Shown one piece after another: positions 13,142 through 26,844 of a stretch of 64,000 bases of DNA (the stretch's first letter is position 1; each line of letters starts with the position of its first letter). This DNA is from Mobula hypostoma (lineage: Eukaryota). The position numbers were made by a program, and so were the translations under genes. Location: assembly GCF_963921235.1 (NCBI RefSeq), contig NC_086097.1:211050001-211114000 (forward strand), given 5' to 3'. The notes below the pieces were generated by a model. The model was not told the origin of the DNA and did no database searches. It was given only the letters and a program-made list of their open reading frames with translations.

Positions 13142-13209
13142 ATATATATATATATATAATGTATGTATATGTATATATATATATGTATGTATATACATGT
13201 ATATATATA

Positions 13210-13250
<41 letters not shown>

Positions 13251-13265
13251 GTGTGTGTGTATATA

Positions 13266-13302
<37 letters not shown>
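13101..13302. repeat. Compound (TG)n/(TA)n microsatellite
   Basis: Directly visible alternating TG and TA dinucleotide tracts. Confidence 0.97.
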
Positions 13303-14194
13303 GTTAAATAACAGTAAACTTGACTTAAGAGAAAATTATTTTCCGAAATATTCCTAAGACAGCTATAATTTCAAACATGTTGTTTTATTACTGAGAGGAA
13401 CTGTGAAAACATAGAACAGTACAGCACAGTACAGGTCCTTTGGTCCTCAATGCTGTGCTGATCTCTATAATCATACTCCATGATCAAATCCTTCCATTTT
13501 ACACAGCCCAATACCCTCCTTTTTTCTTACATCAACGTGCCTAAGAGTCTCTTAAATGTTCCTATTGTATTAGCTGATACCACCACCCCCAGCACCCACC
13601 ACTGTGTAAAAAAACCTCTGACATTTCACTAAACTTTCCTCCACTCACCTTGAACACACGTTCTCTGGTTTTGGCCATTGCTGCCCTAGGGAAAAAGGTG
13701 CTGGCTGCCCAATGTCCCCCATAATCTTATATATCTCTATTAAGTTACCTCTCATCCTCCATTGCTCCAAAGACAAACCCTAGCTCGTTCAGCTTTTCCA
13801 AATTTCCTCTAATCCAGGTGGCATCCTGGGAAATCCCTTCTGAACCCTCTGAAAAGCTTCCATATCCTTCCTATAATGAGGCAAATAGAACTGAATAAAT
13901 GTTCCAACTGTGATCTAACCAGAGTTTTATAGAACGCAACAAAACCTCTCAGCTCTTGAACTCAGTCCCTTGTCCAATGAAGTCCAACACAGTATATAGC
14001 TTCTTAACCACTCTACCAATTTGTATGTCAACTTTGACGGATTTGTGGACTTGAATCCCAAGAGTCCTCTGTTGCTGATTGAACTTGAAGGTGGAGTACA
14101 AGGTGAATGACAGTAATCTTACCAGTCTCGCCATTGACCTTGTATTCCACCATCAACTTCAATCTTCCAAACTATATCACCTCATATTTTTCTA

Positions 14195-14667
14195 CAGTAC
14201 TGTGCAAAATTCTTAGGCAACCTAGATCTTTAGTGCGATTTCAGATTGTGTGGCCGCCACAGAGCCCTGATCTCAACATCATTGAGGTTTTCTGGGATTA
14301 CCTGGAGTGACAGCAGAAATCTGCAGAAGAACTCTGCGAGATGTTTGGAACAACCCACCAGCCGACTTTCTTATAAAAAGTGCACAACAGTGTCATTCAG
14401 AGAACTGATGCAGTTTTAAAGGCAAAGGCCGGTCATCAATGTTCCCTCTAACTTGTAATGATCAGTGTGTGCAAAAATCTTGTGCTGTGCACACCTTAGA
14501 GGAAACACTGACTGTCACATCAAATATTGATTTGATATAGGTTTTTAACTGTTTACTGCTTTTTACAGTATTTTTGATATTTAGAAACAGCTCATTTCAT
14601 TATTTTTGCAAGTGTTTTTGCTTTACATAATTTTCTTACGTGTCTAAGACTTTTTAACACAGTATTG
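14195..14667 (+). mobile_element. Internally deleted Tc1/mariner element
   Basis: TIRs CAGTACTGTGCAAAATTCTTAGGCA and TGTCTAAGACTTTTTAACACAGTATTG, TA on both flanks, and transposase motif WPPQSPDLNIIE. Confidence 0.88.
14437..14510. mobile_element. 74-bp hAT-like MITE nested in the Tc1 remnant
   Basis: TIRs CAATGTTCCCTCTAA and TTAGAGGAAACACTG; the 8-bp flanks CCGGTCAT and ACTGTCAC match at only 5/8. Confidence 0.65.
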
Positions 14668-15098
14668 TAGCATGAACCTCATCTGCCACTTATCCACCCA
14701 ACACCATGTCCTGCTGTACCATACAACAAACATCAACACTATCCACAACACATCCAACCTCTGTGTCACCTGTAACCATACTAACCCACCCCTCTACTTC
14801 ATCATCCAAGTTCATTTATAAAAATTACTAAGTTCAGGGACCCCAGTATGGATCACCGTGGAAAACTATTAGTCATGAACTTCCAGGTAGAATGCTCTCA
14901 TTCTAATACCACCCTCTGCCTTCTGTAGGCAAACTAATTCAGAATCTACACAGCCAAGTCCCCATGGATCGATCCCATGCCTCAACTTCCTGGACAAGCC
15001 TACCATGAGGAATCTTGTCAAAACACCTTACATATACACCCTGTCGATACTCCACCTTCATTGACTGAGTGTATAATTGAGAGCTGAACTAATAACAT

Positions 15099-15520
15099 TG
15101 CAATGCCATGGTTAAGATTTTTACTGCTATGCTGTAGGTATTTCATTATTAGCAGTCTTCTGTAAAAGTAGTGTGTCATGCTGGAAAGCGTGCTTTGGCT
15201 TCAGCTAAGATGAAGACACATGTTTTCCAACTCAGGAATGTGAGTCAACCAATCAGGATTGTGGAGAAATTTTTCTCTAAAGTAGCCTGGTTCAAGGTCT
15301 TTTTAGCAGGAACTGCGAGAAGACAGGAGAGAAGATGGCTGAGGATGCCATTTAGGGTGCTTGGAGCAGATGAATAGATCCAAGGAGGAAGGGTCAATAC
15401 TTTGCGACATTCCTGTTTGGTTGAACCCCAAATCATACCGACCCAAGACACCTATTGTTTATGAAAAGTGGCCTTCTCACTGCCGAGTCCTGTGGCTGTT
15501 AGCAGAGCTGGCTAACATGC
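15099..15520 (+). mobile_element. LTR-like repeat fragment
   Basis: Start TGCAATGCCATGGTTAAGATTTTTACTGCTATGCTG resembles the start of the element at 26006 (TGTAATGCCCTGGTTCATATTTTTGACTGTTATGCTG); both have CCAAT-AGGAT. 3' end uncertain. Confidence 0.5.
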
Positions 15521-15609
15521 CAAGTTTGCATACGAGCCCAGTGAGGGTATTAAATAATAGGGTAAAAGCTTTTCTACACGAGTTTTTGAGATGTAATTAC
15601 ATTCCATAC

Positions 15610-15705
15610 CTGTAAAATCAGCAAATGGCTTGTGTATTACTCCAATAACTGGTTTTCCATTCACAGCTACGCACACCATTGTCGTAACATACTCCAAAAG
15701 ATTTT
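15610..15705 (-). CDS. BPNT2: IMPAD1/BPNT2 coding exon 3
   Basis: Acceptor TTTTATGTAG. Translates (E)[31 protein letters not shown]. Donor ACAG|GTATGG; 96 nt, phase 1-1. Confidence 0.97.
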
Positions 15706-16209
15706 CTACATAAAAGATGAAAACAGCAAGTTATATTAATATGCATGCACTGTAACATATAAACTTTTAAATTCCAATACTGGTCTGCAACAGCTTGTAG
15801 CTGTCTTAAATTTACAGAGTTATTTTAAAGAAAATCCTGGGCTTACTCAAGTTGGGAGGCAAATGGACTGTTCAACTTAATTTTGTAATTCTTATGCTGT
15901 AATATAGGGAAAGAGTAGAAGCATTTTACTATTCGGTGTTTGTTGGATACAAAATAGTGTTTTTCTGTGAAAACCATTTAAAACTAGGACAGATGTTTTG
16001 TTTCAGTCAGATAATAGAACCTACTGTTCTGCAGAAAACAAACCTGCATCAGATTTGGCTAAATCCAGCTGCCTAAACTGCTTGTAGCTGCCCTGGCCTT
16101 CGATCTCCTGTCTCCTCTATCTCTCACCTCCATTAACTGACTGCAAGGAGCTCCAGCATATTACCGCTGTCATTTCCCTTTCTCTCATCCAAACCCAACT
16201 TCTAACACA

Positions 16210-16556
16210 GGAAATGGTTACTTCGAGTGCCAGGCTTTAGGTGTTTCAGAAAGGACAGGGAAGAAGGCAAAAGAGGTGGGGGCGTGGCACTGCTGATCAG
16301 AGATAATGTCACGGCTGCAGAAAAGGAGGAAGTCATGGAGGGATTGTCTGCAGAGTCTCTGCGGGTGGAAGTTAGGAAGAGGAAGGGGTCAATAACACTA
16401 CTGGGTGTTTTTTTTTATATAGACCACCCAAGAGTAACAGGGACAACGAGGAGCAGAAAGGGAGACAGATTCTGGAAAGGTGTAATAATAACAGGGCTGT
16501 TGTGGTAGGAGATTTTAATTTCCCAAATATCGACTGGCATGTCCCTAGAGTGAGGG
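16210..16556 (+). mobile_element. CR1 endonuclease fragment
   Basis: PGFRCFRKDREEGKRGGGVALLIRD...VGDFNFP; closely similar to 50830-51160. Confidence 0.88.
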
Positions 16557-18690
16557 ACATAAAGGCCTGGCCTCAGCAGCTACCAGTGGCAAAGAATTCC
16601 AAAGATTCACCACCTTCTGGTTAAAGAAATGCCTTATTTCCATTCTAAAAACATACCCCTTTATTTTGATGCTGTGTCTTCTGGTCTTAACCTCTCCCAC
16701 CATAGGAAACATCCTTTCCACATCTACTCTGTCAAGCCCTTTCACCATTCGATAGGTTTCAATGAGGTCACCCCTCCTTCTGAATTCTAGTGAATACAGG
16801 ACCAGAGCAATTAGATGTTCTTCAGTCAAGTCATTCAATCCTATAATCATTTTCATGAACCTCCTTTGAACCCTCTCCAGTTTCAGCACATCCCATCTCA
16901 GCTAAGGCACCCAAACCTGCTCATGACAGTCCAAGTGAGGCCTCACCAGTGCTTTATAAAGTCTCAACATTACATCCTTGTTTTTATATTCTAGTCCTCT
17001 TGAAATGAATGCTAACATAGCATTTGCCTTCCTCTCCACAGACTCAACTTGCATATTAACCTTTAGGGAGTCCTGCACATGGACTCCTAAGTCCCTTTGC
17101 ACCTCAGTTTTTTTGCATTTTCTCTCCATTTAGAAAATAGTCAACCCTTTAATTTCTTCCACCAATGTGCAAGACAATACACTTCTAGACACTGTTTTCC
17201 ATCTGCCATTTCTTTGAACATTACCCTAATCTGACATGGTCCTCCTGTAGACTCTCTATTTCCTCAAAACTACCTGCCCCTCCACCTATCTTCATATCCT
17301 CTGCAAATTTTGCAACAAAGCAATCAATTCAATTATACAAATGATTGACATATAAAGTGAAAAGAATCGGTCCCAACACAGACCCATGTGGAACACCACT
17401 AGTAACCAGCAGCCAGTCAGAAAAGCCTCCCTTTATTCCCACTCTTTGCTTCCTGTCAATCAGCCACTGATCTATCCAGACTATAATCTTTCCTGTAATA
17501 CCATGGGTGTGTACCTTGTTAAGCAGCCTGATGTGTAGAAGGTTGTAAAAGGGCTTCTGAAAATCAAAGTACACAAAAGCAACTGAACTTCATTTGGCTA
17601 TCCTGCTTCTTATTTCTTCAATGAATTCCAACAGGTTTGTCAGGCAAGACTTCCCCCTGAGAAAACCATGCTGACTACGGCCTATTTTATCATGTGCCTT
17701 CAAGTACCCAAGTATCCTTAATAATCGACTCCAACATCTTCCCAACCACTGAGGACAGACTAGCTGGCCTATAATTTCCTTTCTCCTGCCTCTCTCCCTT
17801 CTTGAAGAATGGAGTAACATTTGTAATTTTCCAGTCTTCCAGAACCATTCCAGAATCCAGCGCTTCTTGCAAGATCATTTTTAATGCCTCTACAATCTCT
17901 TCATCCACCTCTTTCAGAACTCTGGGGTGTACACCATCTGGTCCAAGTAACTTATCTGCCTTTAGACCTTTCAGTTTCCCCAAGAACCTTCTCTCTGGTT
18001 ATGGGGACCACAAACTTCACGCCCCCTGATTCCTGAAACTTCCACTATACTGTTCGTGGCTTTGACAGTGAAGACTGATGCAAAATATTTATTCAGTTTG
18101 GTTGTTATTTCGTTGAGCCCCATTATCACCACTCCAGCATCATTTTCTAGTGGTCCGATATCCACTCTCATCTCTCTTTTACATTATGTGTCTGAAGAAA
18201 CTTTTGGTATTATCCTCTTTAATAATGTCAGCTAGCTTACTTTTGTATTCCATCTTTACCTTCTTAATGACTATTTAGTTGCCTTCTGTGACTTTGCTCT
18301 GTTAGATCATGTACAACCCCCGCCCCCCGACCATATCTAAAGTGATACGAGTGTTATTGAGGGGAATGGCAACAGGGGTACTCTGCACTGGATCGTTAAC
18401 CCATTTCCTCTCCTGACTGTCACCCAGTTTCCTATGTCCTGCACCTTGGGTGTAACTACCTCTCTATATGTCCTGTCTATCACCCCTTCAGCATCCATAA
18501 TGATCCAGCGTTCATCTAGTTCCAACTCAACATGGTTTGCTAGAAGCTGCACTGGATGCACTTCTTGCACTTGGAGTGGTCAGGGATACTGGAGGTCCCC
18601 CTGCTTTTCCACATCCCACAAGAAGAGCATTCCACTATCCTATCTGTCATCCCTATTGCCCTAGCTGAGCAGGAATAAAAACTTGAGCTT
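16557..18690 (-). mobile_element. CR1 LINE: decayed RT plus ORF1 fragment
   Basis: [44 protein letters not shown] and LYKALVRPHL; ORF1-like VQLLANHVELELDE at 18337-18570. Confidence 0.9.
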
Positions 18691-19004
18691 TTCTTTCCTT
18701 TGCTTTCTCCGAGTTATATCCTCCATTCCAAACCATTATTGCCCTCTAAATCGTTAACCCTCTTTCCTTTTAAACTATCATGCTTCTCAACCCTACCTTC
18801 TTCTTACTGTCTTCTGGCCTCCCAAATCTTGGTCCAATTTACCACGAAGTTCTGGTTAGCAAAATTTCTGTTCCTCCAACAGTACCAAAACAGCCCTACT
18901 CAACGTCCAGTGATTCTGGCAAAGGCAATCTATCCCTTCATGCCCTGTATGATCTACCTTTTAACTAGTCATATCACACTCCTTGTTGTTTGTCATCTAT
19001 ACCA

Positions 19005-20640
19005 ATGATCTGGGTGATAATGTGGTTAACTGGATCAGCAAGTTTGTGGATGACACCAAGATTGGGTGTGTACTGCACAGCAAGGAAGACTACCAGTGCT
19101 TGCAGCGGGATCTGGATCAACTGGAAAAATAGACTGAAAAATGACAGATGGAATGCAGACAAGAGCGAGGCAAGATAGAAAACCTACAGCACAATACAGG
19201 CCCTTCGGCCCACAAAGTTGTGCCGAACCCGTTCTTACCTGAGAAATTACCTAGGGTTACCCATAGCCCTCTATTTTTTTTAAGCTCCATGTACCTATCC
19301 AGGAGTCTCTTAAAAGACCCTACCATTTCTGCCTCTACCACCACCGCCGGCAGCCCATTCCACGCACTTACCACTCTCTGCGTAAAAAACTTACCCCTGA
19401 CATCTCCTCTGTACCTACTTCCAAGCACCTTAAAACTGTGCCTTCTTGTGCTAACCACTTCAGCCCTGGGAAAAAGCCTCTGACAATCCACACAATCAAT
19501 GCCTCTCATCATCTCTTATACACCTCTATCAGGTCACCTCTCATCCTCTGTCGCTCCAAGGAAAAAGGCCAAGTTCACTCAAACTGTTCTCATAAGGCAT
19601 GCTCCCCTATCCAGGCAACATCCTGATAAATCTCCGCTGCACCCTTTCTATGATTTTCACATCTTTCCTGTAGTGAGGTGACCAGAACTGAGCACAGTAC
19701 TCCAAGTGGGGTCTGACCAGGGTCCTATATAGCTGTAACATTACCTCTCGGCTCCTAAACTCAATCCCATGATTGATGAAGGCTAATGCACCGTATGCTT
19801 TCTCAACCACAGAGTCAACCTGCGCAGCAGCCTTTGAGTGTCCTATGGACTCGAACCCCAAGATCCCCCTGATCCTCCACACTGCCAAGAGTCTTACCAT
19901 TCCCAAGGGCGTTGCACTTTGGTAGGTAGGTCTTACACAGTGAATGGTAGAACACTGAGTGTGGTAGAACAAAGGGATCTGGGATTACAAGTCCATAATT
20001 CATTGAAAGTTGATAGGGTTGTAAAGAAAGCTTTTAGCACATTAATCTTCATAAATGAATGTATGAGTATAGGAGATGGGACGCTATTTTGAAGTTGTCT
20101 AATATATTGGTGAGCCCTAATTTGGAGTATTGTGTGCAGTTTTGGTCTCCTACCTACAGGAAAAATGTAAATAAGGTTGAAAGAGTAAAAAGAAAATTTA
20201 CTGGAGGACCTGAATTATAAGGAAAGATTCAATAGCTTAGGACTTCATCAACTCTCCCCTCAGTCTTCTATGTTCCAAGGAATAGAGGTGTAAAAAATTA
20301 TGAGAGGTATAGATAGGGTAAATGCAAGCAGGCATTTCCCCCCCCCCCACTGAGGCTAGGTGGGACTACAACTGGAGGTCATGAGTCAAGAGTGAAAGGT
20401 GCAAAGTTTAAGGGGAACATGAGGGAAAACTTCTTCACTCAAAAGGTCATGAGAATTTGGCAAGTGGTGCATGTAAGCTCGATTTTAACGTTTAACAGAA
20501 GTTTGGATAGGTACATGGATGGCAGGGGTATGCAGCACTATCGTGTGGGTGCAGGTTGATGGGATTAGGCAGTTTAAATAGTTTGTTATGGACTAGATGG
20601 GCTGAAGAGCCCGTTTCTGGGCTGTACTTTTCTATGACCC
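19005..20640 (+). mobile_element. CR1 RT 3' half, interrupted by an antisense CR1 at about 19175-19905
   Basis: NWISKFVDDTKIG-like start, resuming with LVGRSYTVNGRTLSVVEQRDLG and the CR1 3' UTR. Confidence 0.8.
19175..19905 (-). mobile_element. Young CR1 3' end
   Basis: LYRTLVRPHLEYCAQFWSPHYRKD and RGKFFTQRVVSAWNGLP, with tail ATAGAAAACCTACAGCACAATACAGGCCCTTCGGCCCAC. Confidence 0.9.
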
Positions 20641-22445
20641 TCAGTGACTATCTAAATTTGTAAATACTAAAAAAGCAAAATAACTGACAGACTAAATTAA
20701 ACATACTACAAAAAAGTGACATCTCACGCTGAACTTCCAAAGCATCAAGAAGTATAGCCAACATTCAAGAAACAAGCTCCATGGTAACACAAGTGGTTCA
20801 ACGACCAAGCTCGTGAGACAACTGCCAGCACTGTCAGCTTGGATCACAGCACCCAACATCACAAGGAAAGAAAACAATACATCTTATTTTGTAAATCCTC
20901 TCTCTGATCTCTAATATTTTTTTGCTTTTGTCACAATAGTTCTTTAAAGCAGAATTGTCTTCTGCCTACAGCTGTTTTCAGTGTCAGTCAATTTTTTTTC
21001 TTCTGATGATATGTAACAACTGACTGTCCCACTCTTTAGTTTCAGGATTTTTTATAATCTAAGTGTTATCACCAAAGGCAAATGCAATGTAGTTAAAGAA
21101 CATTTGACAGGAACTAGAAGCATGGCAAGCCAGGGATGATAAATTAAACACAACAGGCCTCAGTCTAATACTAATCTAGTTCAGTAAGCAATAAAATTTG
21201 CATAAAATATATTTTATATTCTGTGCAGCAAGTCAGTCAGAAAGTTCTCCCTCTCCCACCCACTCCCTCAATACTGATGCTCTTTATTTCTCCTGTTCTT
21301 TCATTTTCTATAACTCTATTCTCCAATGATTTTCATGTGATATTTTTCTGCCTATTCCTTTTTTAACAATCTTATTTTGCTTCACAGTAATATAAACCAG
21401 GTTGAAAAGAATTTTTAAAAGAACTCTTTTTCAAAATTCACGCTCCTTCAAAATGGCATATCTATTAATTTATACACAAATAGTACCATGGGAGATGTAG
21501 AAATAAAATTCATCTCCACAGTACAAGAATTGTATCATAATGGTCATTCTGCAGATTTTCAAAAACAACTGTCAAAATCTGGTCACCAGAGTAACTAAAC
21601 CCTAATTGCACAAGCCACACAACACTCTCAGTCCTCTTCCAGCTCTCATTCCCTCACTCATTTTCACTTACTAAGTCCCACTTAAGTGCCCATTTCTTAC
21701 CTCCAGGACAGATCAATGTCCCACTATCATTTCATACTTTTCTATGAAATAGCCAGACAGTCTTCCCGATTTCTGCCTATATGCAAATCTACCAGCTTAA
21801 GGCAACTTTAAAGGATCCCTGCCCATCCAATAACATATAATAAAAACATCCTTTCCTTATGACATAGATGGTTATTTCAGCCTATCAAGCCTATGCTGGC
21901 TCACAGAGCAAACCCACTGCTACACCAATTCTCCCATCAAACCATTCTCCCTACATTCTCATAAATTTGCCCCACACTCTACCGTGCACACCTTTCAGAT
22001 ACAGAAGAAAACCTAACCATCTGGTCGAAACCCAAAAAATCACAAAATGAATCTGAAAACTCTACACAGATAGCACTCACAGTTGCAGAAGCTACACCAG
22101 TGCAGTGCCCAATGGATCCCAATATCTTCCAAGAACAAGGCATCCACAGCATCACTTGGATTAAATAATAAAGGTAAAAATATACAGATATATACACACA
22201 CACACAGAAAGGCAATCTCACAATTGTAAAGAAAAAGCAACATAATCTATTCTCTGACTTATTATGATCGATGTCACAACAATGCACTAGTTTAAAAGAA
22301 AAGCTGCAACTTAAATGACACATTGCAAGGATTCTCATGTACACAAAGTTAAATAATTAAAATCAAAAATTAAGTCTTAATTATTGAATTTCATTACCTG
22401 GCACAGTAATTTTAAGTACATCAAATTCAATAATAGATGTCACAC

Positions 22446-22608
22446 CTGTATATTCCTGGGTGGCGTCAAGAGGGTCAATCCACACGGTAATGCTGTCAGA
22501 AGAAACTTCTTCAGCTGTAGTAATTTTGTCTAGGATTTCCTTTGGAATTACATGATCCCATGAAGGAATTTCTGGTATGGCACTGGTATCATGCTCTTCT
22601 GAGTACAC
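22446..22608 (-). CDS. BPNT2: IMPAD1/BPNT2 coding exon 2
   Basis: Acceptor TTTTTGTCTTAG|GTG. Translates VYSEEHD...WDHVIPKEILDKITTAEEVSSDSITVWIDPLDATQEYT, with the inositol-monophosphatase-family EE and DPLDAT motifs. Donor ACAG|GTGTGA; 163 nt. Confidence 0.97.
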
Positions 22609-23090
22609 CTAAGACAAAAAGAACTTTCAATCAGGTTGAGCCCAGTCAATTTCCAACACCATGTGACATTTGTTATTAAAGTATTAGAATAGAAATAGGC
22701 TCTTCATACCCATCCAATCGATTATACCCATCAAAACTCATCCCGTTAGCAAGTTTATCATGTTACAACATGCAACAAAATGAAGTTTAATGATCATCAC
22801 ATTTCATACCTATGCTACAAACATTCACATTCAAGTAAAGGGCTCCCTTTGGCTGAACTACTATGTAACACAATGTTTATACCACACAGTAAAAGTGAGA
22901 GATTTCATCTCCTGTTTATGGTGAGTTAGCTCATCTTTCCCAGCCAAAATTGGATCAGCCATGATGAAATGGCAGAGTAGACTCAATGGGCCAAATGGCC
23001 TAATTCTCCTCCGATATATGATGGCGTTATAGGATAGAGAAAGGAGACTCAGTGAAAGTTGTTTCCACAGATTTTCAGAAGGCCTTTGAC

Positions 23091-24045
23091 ATATATATTA
23101 ATGATCTGGACGATGGGGTGGTAAATTGGATTAGTAAGTATGCAGATGATACTAAGATAGGTGGCATTGTGGATAATGAAGTAGGTTTTCAAAGCTTGCA
23201 GAGAGATTTAGGCCAGTTAGAAGAGTGGGCTGAAAGATGGCAGATGGAGTTTAATGCTGAAAAATGTGAGGTGCTACATTTTGGTACGACTAATCAAAAT
23301 AGGATATACATGGTAAATGGTAGGGCATTGAAGAATGCTGTAGAACAGAGGGATCTAGGAATAATGGTGCATAGTCCCCTGAAGGTGGAATCTCATGTGG
23401 ATAGGGTGGTGAAGAAAGCTTTTGGTATGCTGGTCTTTATTAATCAGAGCATTGAGTATAGGAGTTAGGATGTAATGTTGAAATTGTATAGGGCATTGGT
23501 AAGGCCAAATTTGGAGTATTGTGTACAGTTCTGGTCACCGAATTATAGGAAAGATGTCAACAAAATAGAGAGAGTACAGAGAAAGTTTACTAGAATGTTA
23601 CCTGGGTTTCATCACCTAAGTTACAGAGGAAGGTTGAACAAGTTGAGTCTTTATTCTTTGGAGCGTAGAAGGTCGAGGGGGGACTTGATACAGGTGTTTA
23701 AAATTATGAAGGGGATTGATAGAGTTGACGTGGATAGGCTTTTTCCATTGAGAGTGGGGAAGATTCAAACAAGAGGACATGAGTTGAGAGTTAAAGGACA
23801 AAAGTTTAGGGGTAACATGAGGGGAAACTTCTTTACTCAGAGAGTGACGGCTGTGTGGAACCAGCTTCCAGGCAGGTTTGATGTTGTCATTTAAAGTTAA
23901 ATTGGATAGATATATGGATAGGAAAGGAATGGAGGGTTATGGGCTGAGTGCAGGTCGGTGGGACTAGGTGAGAGTAAGAGTTTGGCACGGACTAAAAGGG
24001 CCCAGATGGCCTGTTTCCGTGCTGTAATTGTTATATGGTTATATG
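23091..24045 (+). mobile_element. Well-preserved CR1 RT 3' portion inserted into an older CR1
   Basis: YINDLDDGVVNWISKYADDTKIG...PNLEYCVQFWSP, two ORFs separated by one stop. The host CR1 reads ...GCCTTTGACA | GACAAGGTGC... across the insertion. Confidence 0.9.
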
Positions 24046-25130
24046 GACAAGGTGCAACACATGAGGCTGCTTAACAAGATTAGAGCCCAGGGTATTAAGG
24101 ATAGAAGATTAGCTAACTGGCTGGAGTGGGGATAAATCGGGCCTATTCTGGTTGGCTGCTGGTGAATAACTGTGCTACGCAAGGGTCAGTGGTGATGATT
24201 TAGATGATGGAATTGATGGTGGCCAAATTTGCAAATAACACAAAACTAGGTGGAGGGGCAGGTAGTGTTGAAGAAGCAGGGGGTCTGCAGAAGGACTTTG
24301 GTATATTGGGAGAATGGGCAAAGAAGTGGCAGAAGGAAAGTAATGTAGGGAAATATATGGTCATGCACACTGATTGAAGAAATAAAGGCGCAGACTATTA
24401 TTTTCTAAATGGAGAAAATTCAAAAATCAGAGGCGCATAGGGACTTGGGAGTCCTTGCGCGGGATTCTCTAAGGTTAACTTGCAGGCTGAGTTGGTGATA
24501 AGGAAGGCAAATGCAATATTAGCATTCGTTTTGACAGTACTTGAATACAAAAAGAAACTTGTAATTTTGTGGCGTTATCAGACATTAGTCAGACTGCGAC
24601 TTGAGTATTGTGAGCAGTTTTGGGTCTCTTTTCCAAGAGCTTATGGTCTTATGGAAAAGATGTGCTGGCATCGGATAGGGTCCAGAGGAGATTCACAAGA
24701 ATGTTTCTCGGAGAGAACAAAAGTGTGAAAAGATGAGGAGGATTTGATGGCTTTTGGCCAGTTCTCACTGGAATTTAGAAGAATAAGTGAAGATCTCAGT
24801 GAAACCTACCAAATATTGAATAGCTTAGATAGAATGACTGTTGGGAGGATGTTTACTACAGTGGAGGAGTTTAAAACCAGAGGGCAGAGACATCCATTTA
24901 GATTAGATAAAAGGAGGAATTTCTTTAGATAGAGGGCAGTGAATCTATGGAACTGATTACCAAGACAGTAAGGATATTTTAAGCAGTGCTTGATATGACC
25001 TTAATTAGTCAGAGTGTCAAAGGATACAGGGAGAAAGCAGGAGAATGGGGTGGAGAGGGATAATAAATCAGCCATGATGGAATGGCAGAGCAGGCTCAAT
25101 GGGCCTAATTCTGCTCCTACACATGTCTTA
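24046..25130 (+). mobile_element. Older CR1 RT and 3' end
   Basis: RKANAILAF...LVRLRLEYCEQFW, with 3' tail TCAGCCATGATGGAATGGCAGAGCAGGCTCAATGGGCC. Confidence 0.82.
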
Positions 25131-26005
25131 AGGTTTTGTGGAATTGCAGAATGGTGTTGCAGAATCTAAATTCAATTCTAAACATATGAAAGTAAACTGT
25201 TGGTTAGTTATTTGGAGGCGACTGAGTCTCTGAAAAAGGAGATGAATGTTCTTTATGTGGAAACATGCACTGTGAGGTGACTTTTAAGAGGAGACACTCA
25301 GTTGTATCAAACTAGTAACAGTAACTGAAGGTCCACTAGCACTTTCTCAAAGTAAGTAAAAATTACCAGCTTTCCAGCCAGAAATGAATTTGAATTTTAA
25401 GTAGGAATTCATAGGGTATATACTTGATGACTAATCAGAGGAACAACAGGACAAGTTTCCAAAGATTTTTCTTACCCTGGAAAAGTGAAATAAAGCTATA
25501 CTTTTGAACAAATTAATACATTTTAAAATATATCTATGTTTCAAGATCTATAAAGATTTCTAGTCTATCAAGAGACGGAAAAAAACTGATAATTATTTAA
25601 CATATGAACCTAAGAAATAGGAGCAGGAGTAGGCAATCTGGTCTGATAAGCCTGCTACATGACTCAATAATGATTGATCTGACTCTGCCTACCTGTTCCC
25701 CCCCTCCCGCCCCACATAACTCATTCCGTATAATTTGCATTTGATGAGGTAGCCTCTACTACTTCCTTGAACAAATAATTCCAAATACACTACTCTCCAG
25801 GGAAAGCAGTTTCTCCTAATTTCCATCCTAAATCTGTTTCCCTGAACCTTGAAGCCAAGTCCCCAAGTTCTAGTCTCACTTACCAGAGGAAGCAAGCAAT
25901 CAGATTAAGAGAACCGAAAATGGCAATCATAAAATAGCTAATGGAAGAATAGATTCAATGAGGTTAAAAGAAATATTTGGATAAAAATATAAGATTTGTC
26001 TGTAT

Positions 26006-26533
26006 GTAATGCCCTGGTTCATATTTTTGACTGTTATGCTGTTCTGTATTTGATTCCGTGCAAGCTGCTTGTTTGGGTAACTGCTGAAGAAAAGAGATAG
26101 GAGAATTGTGTGCCATCCAATTAGGATAGCCGGATTAAGGAGAGGTTTCTCTGGTGAGGGACACTAAGGCTGGGCCTGGGTCTTTTGTTAAGGACAGGAA
26201 GAAAGAAACACCGGAGAAAAGTGTTATAGGATTTGATCTGGAGCGGGGCCATAATTCGACAAAGCCCAGGATGAGATTAAAGGAGGATCGGCGAAGGGAA
26301 ACTGTGAGCGCCAACTTGTGCGCATTAGACGCTTTCATTAAAATGGGCCCTTTTCTTTTTTCTTTGTTCTTTCTTTACGAACCCTTCAAATTAAAAATAT
26401 AAAACTAAATCTTTTAATTGTATGTGGCGTATTGTCTGCTATTTCACGGCACTTATTTGTAACAGGGTAACGAATCACGCAGCATCCACACAAACAGGGG
26501 GTTTCGGGGTGGGCTTGCGCCTCAGTCTCAAAC
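26006..26533 (+). mobile_element. Probable LTR (Gypsy-like), solitary
   Basis: Begins TGTAAT and ends ...CA; no coding content; related to 15099-15520. No TSD found. Confidence 0.5.
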
Positions 26534-26796
26534 ATTTCCCTAGACTTAACACAGCTGATGGAATCACTGTTTCATGAAGAAAAGCAGAGAGATGAAAAAA
26601 TCTAAAATAATTATAAGCATACCAGGTGAAGTTGAGAAACAATAAAATTTCTGTACTGTGAATTCCATATTATTGACAGAGGGATTAAAACAAACAGAAA
26701 AATAATAACAAAAAATTCAGTTACATTTTAATAAAAATGAGGGCGTAGACCAGGATGATTGGAAAGGCTAAAAGGACGGGGGAGAGAGGGGGAGAG

Positions 26797-26800
<4 letters not shown>

Positions 26801-26842
<42 letters not shown>
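26801..26842. repeat. (CA)n microsatellite
   Basis: About 20 perfect CA units. Confidence 0.97.

Positions 26843-26844
<2 letters not shown>

Larger units (their letters stand above)
13405..15030 (-). mobile_element. Decayed CR1 LINE, interrupted by a Tc1 remnant at 14195-14667
   Basis: CR1 tail AACATAGAACAGTACAGCACAGTACAGG; LGIQVHKSVKVDIQIGRVVKK fragment; RT similarity resumes at about 14670. Confidence 0.8.

Noticed and set aside
13020..13357. Cys/Val/Tyr/Ile-rich ORFs
   Set aside because: These are translations of a TG/TA microsatellite.
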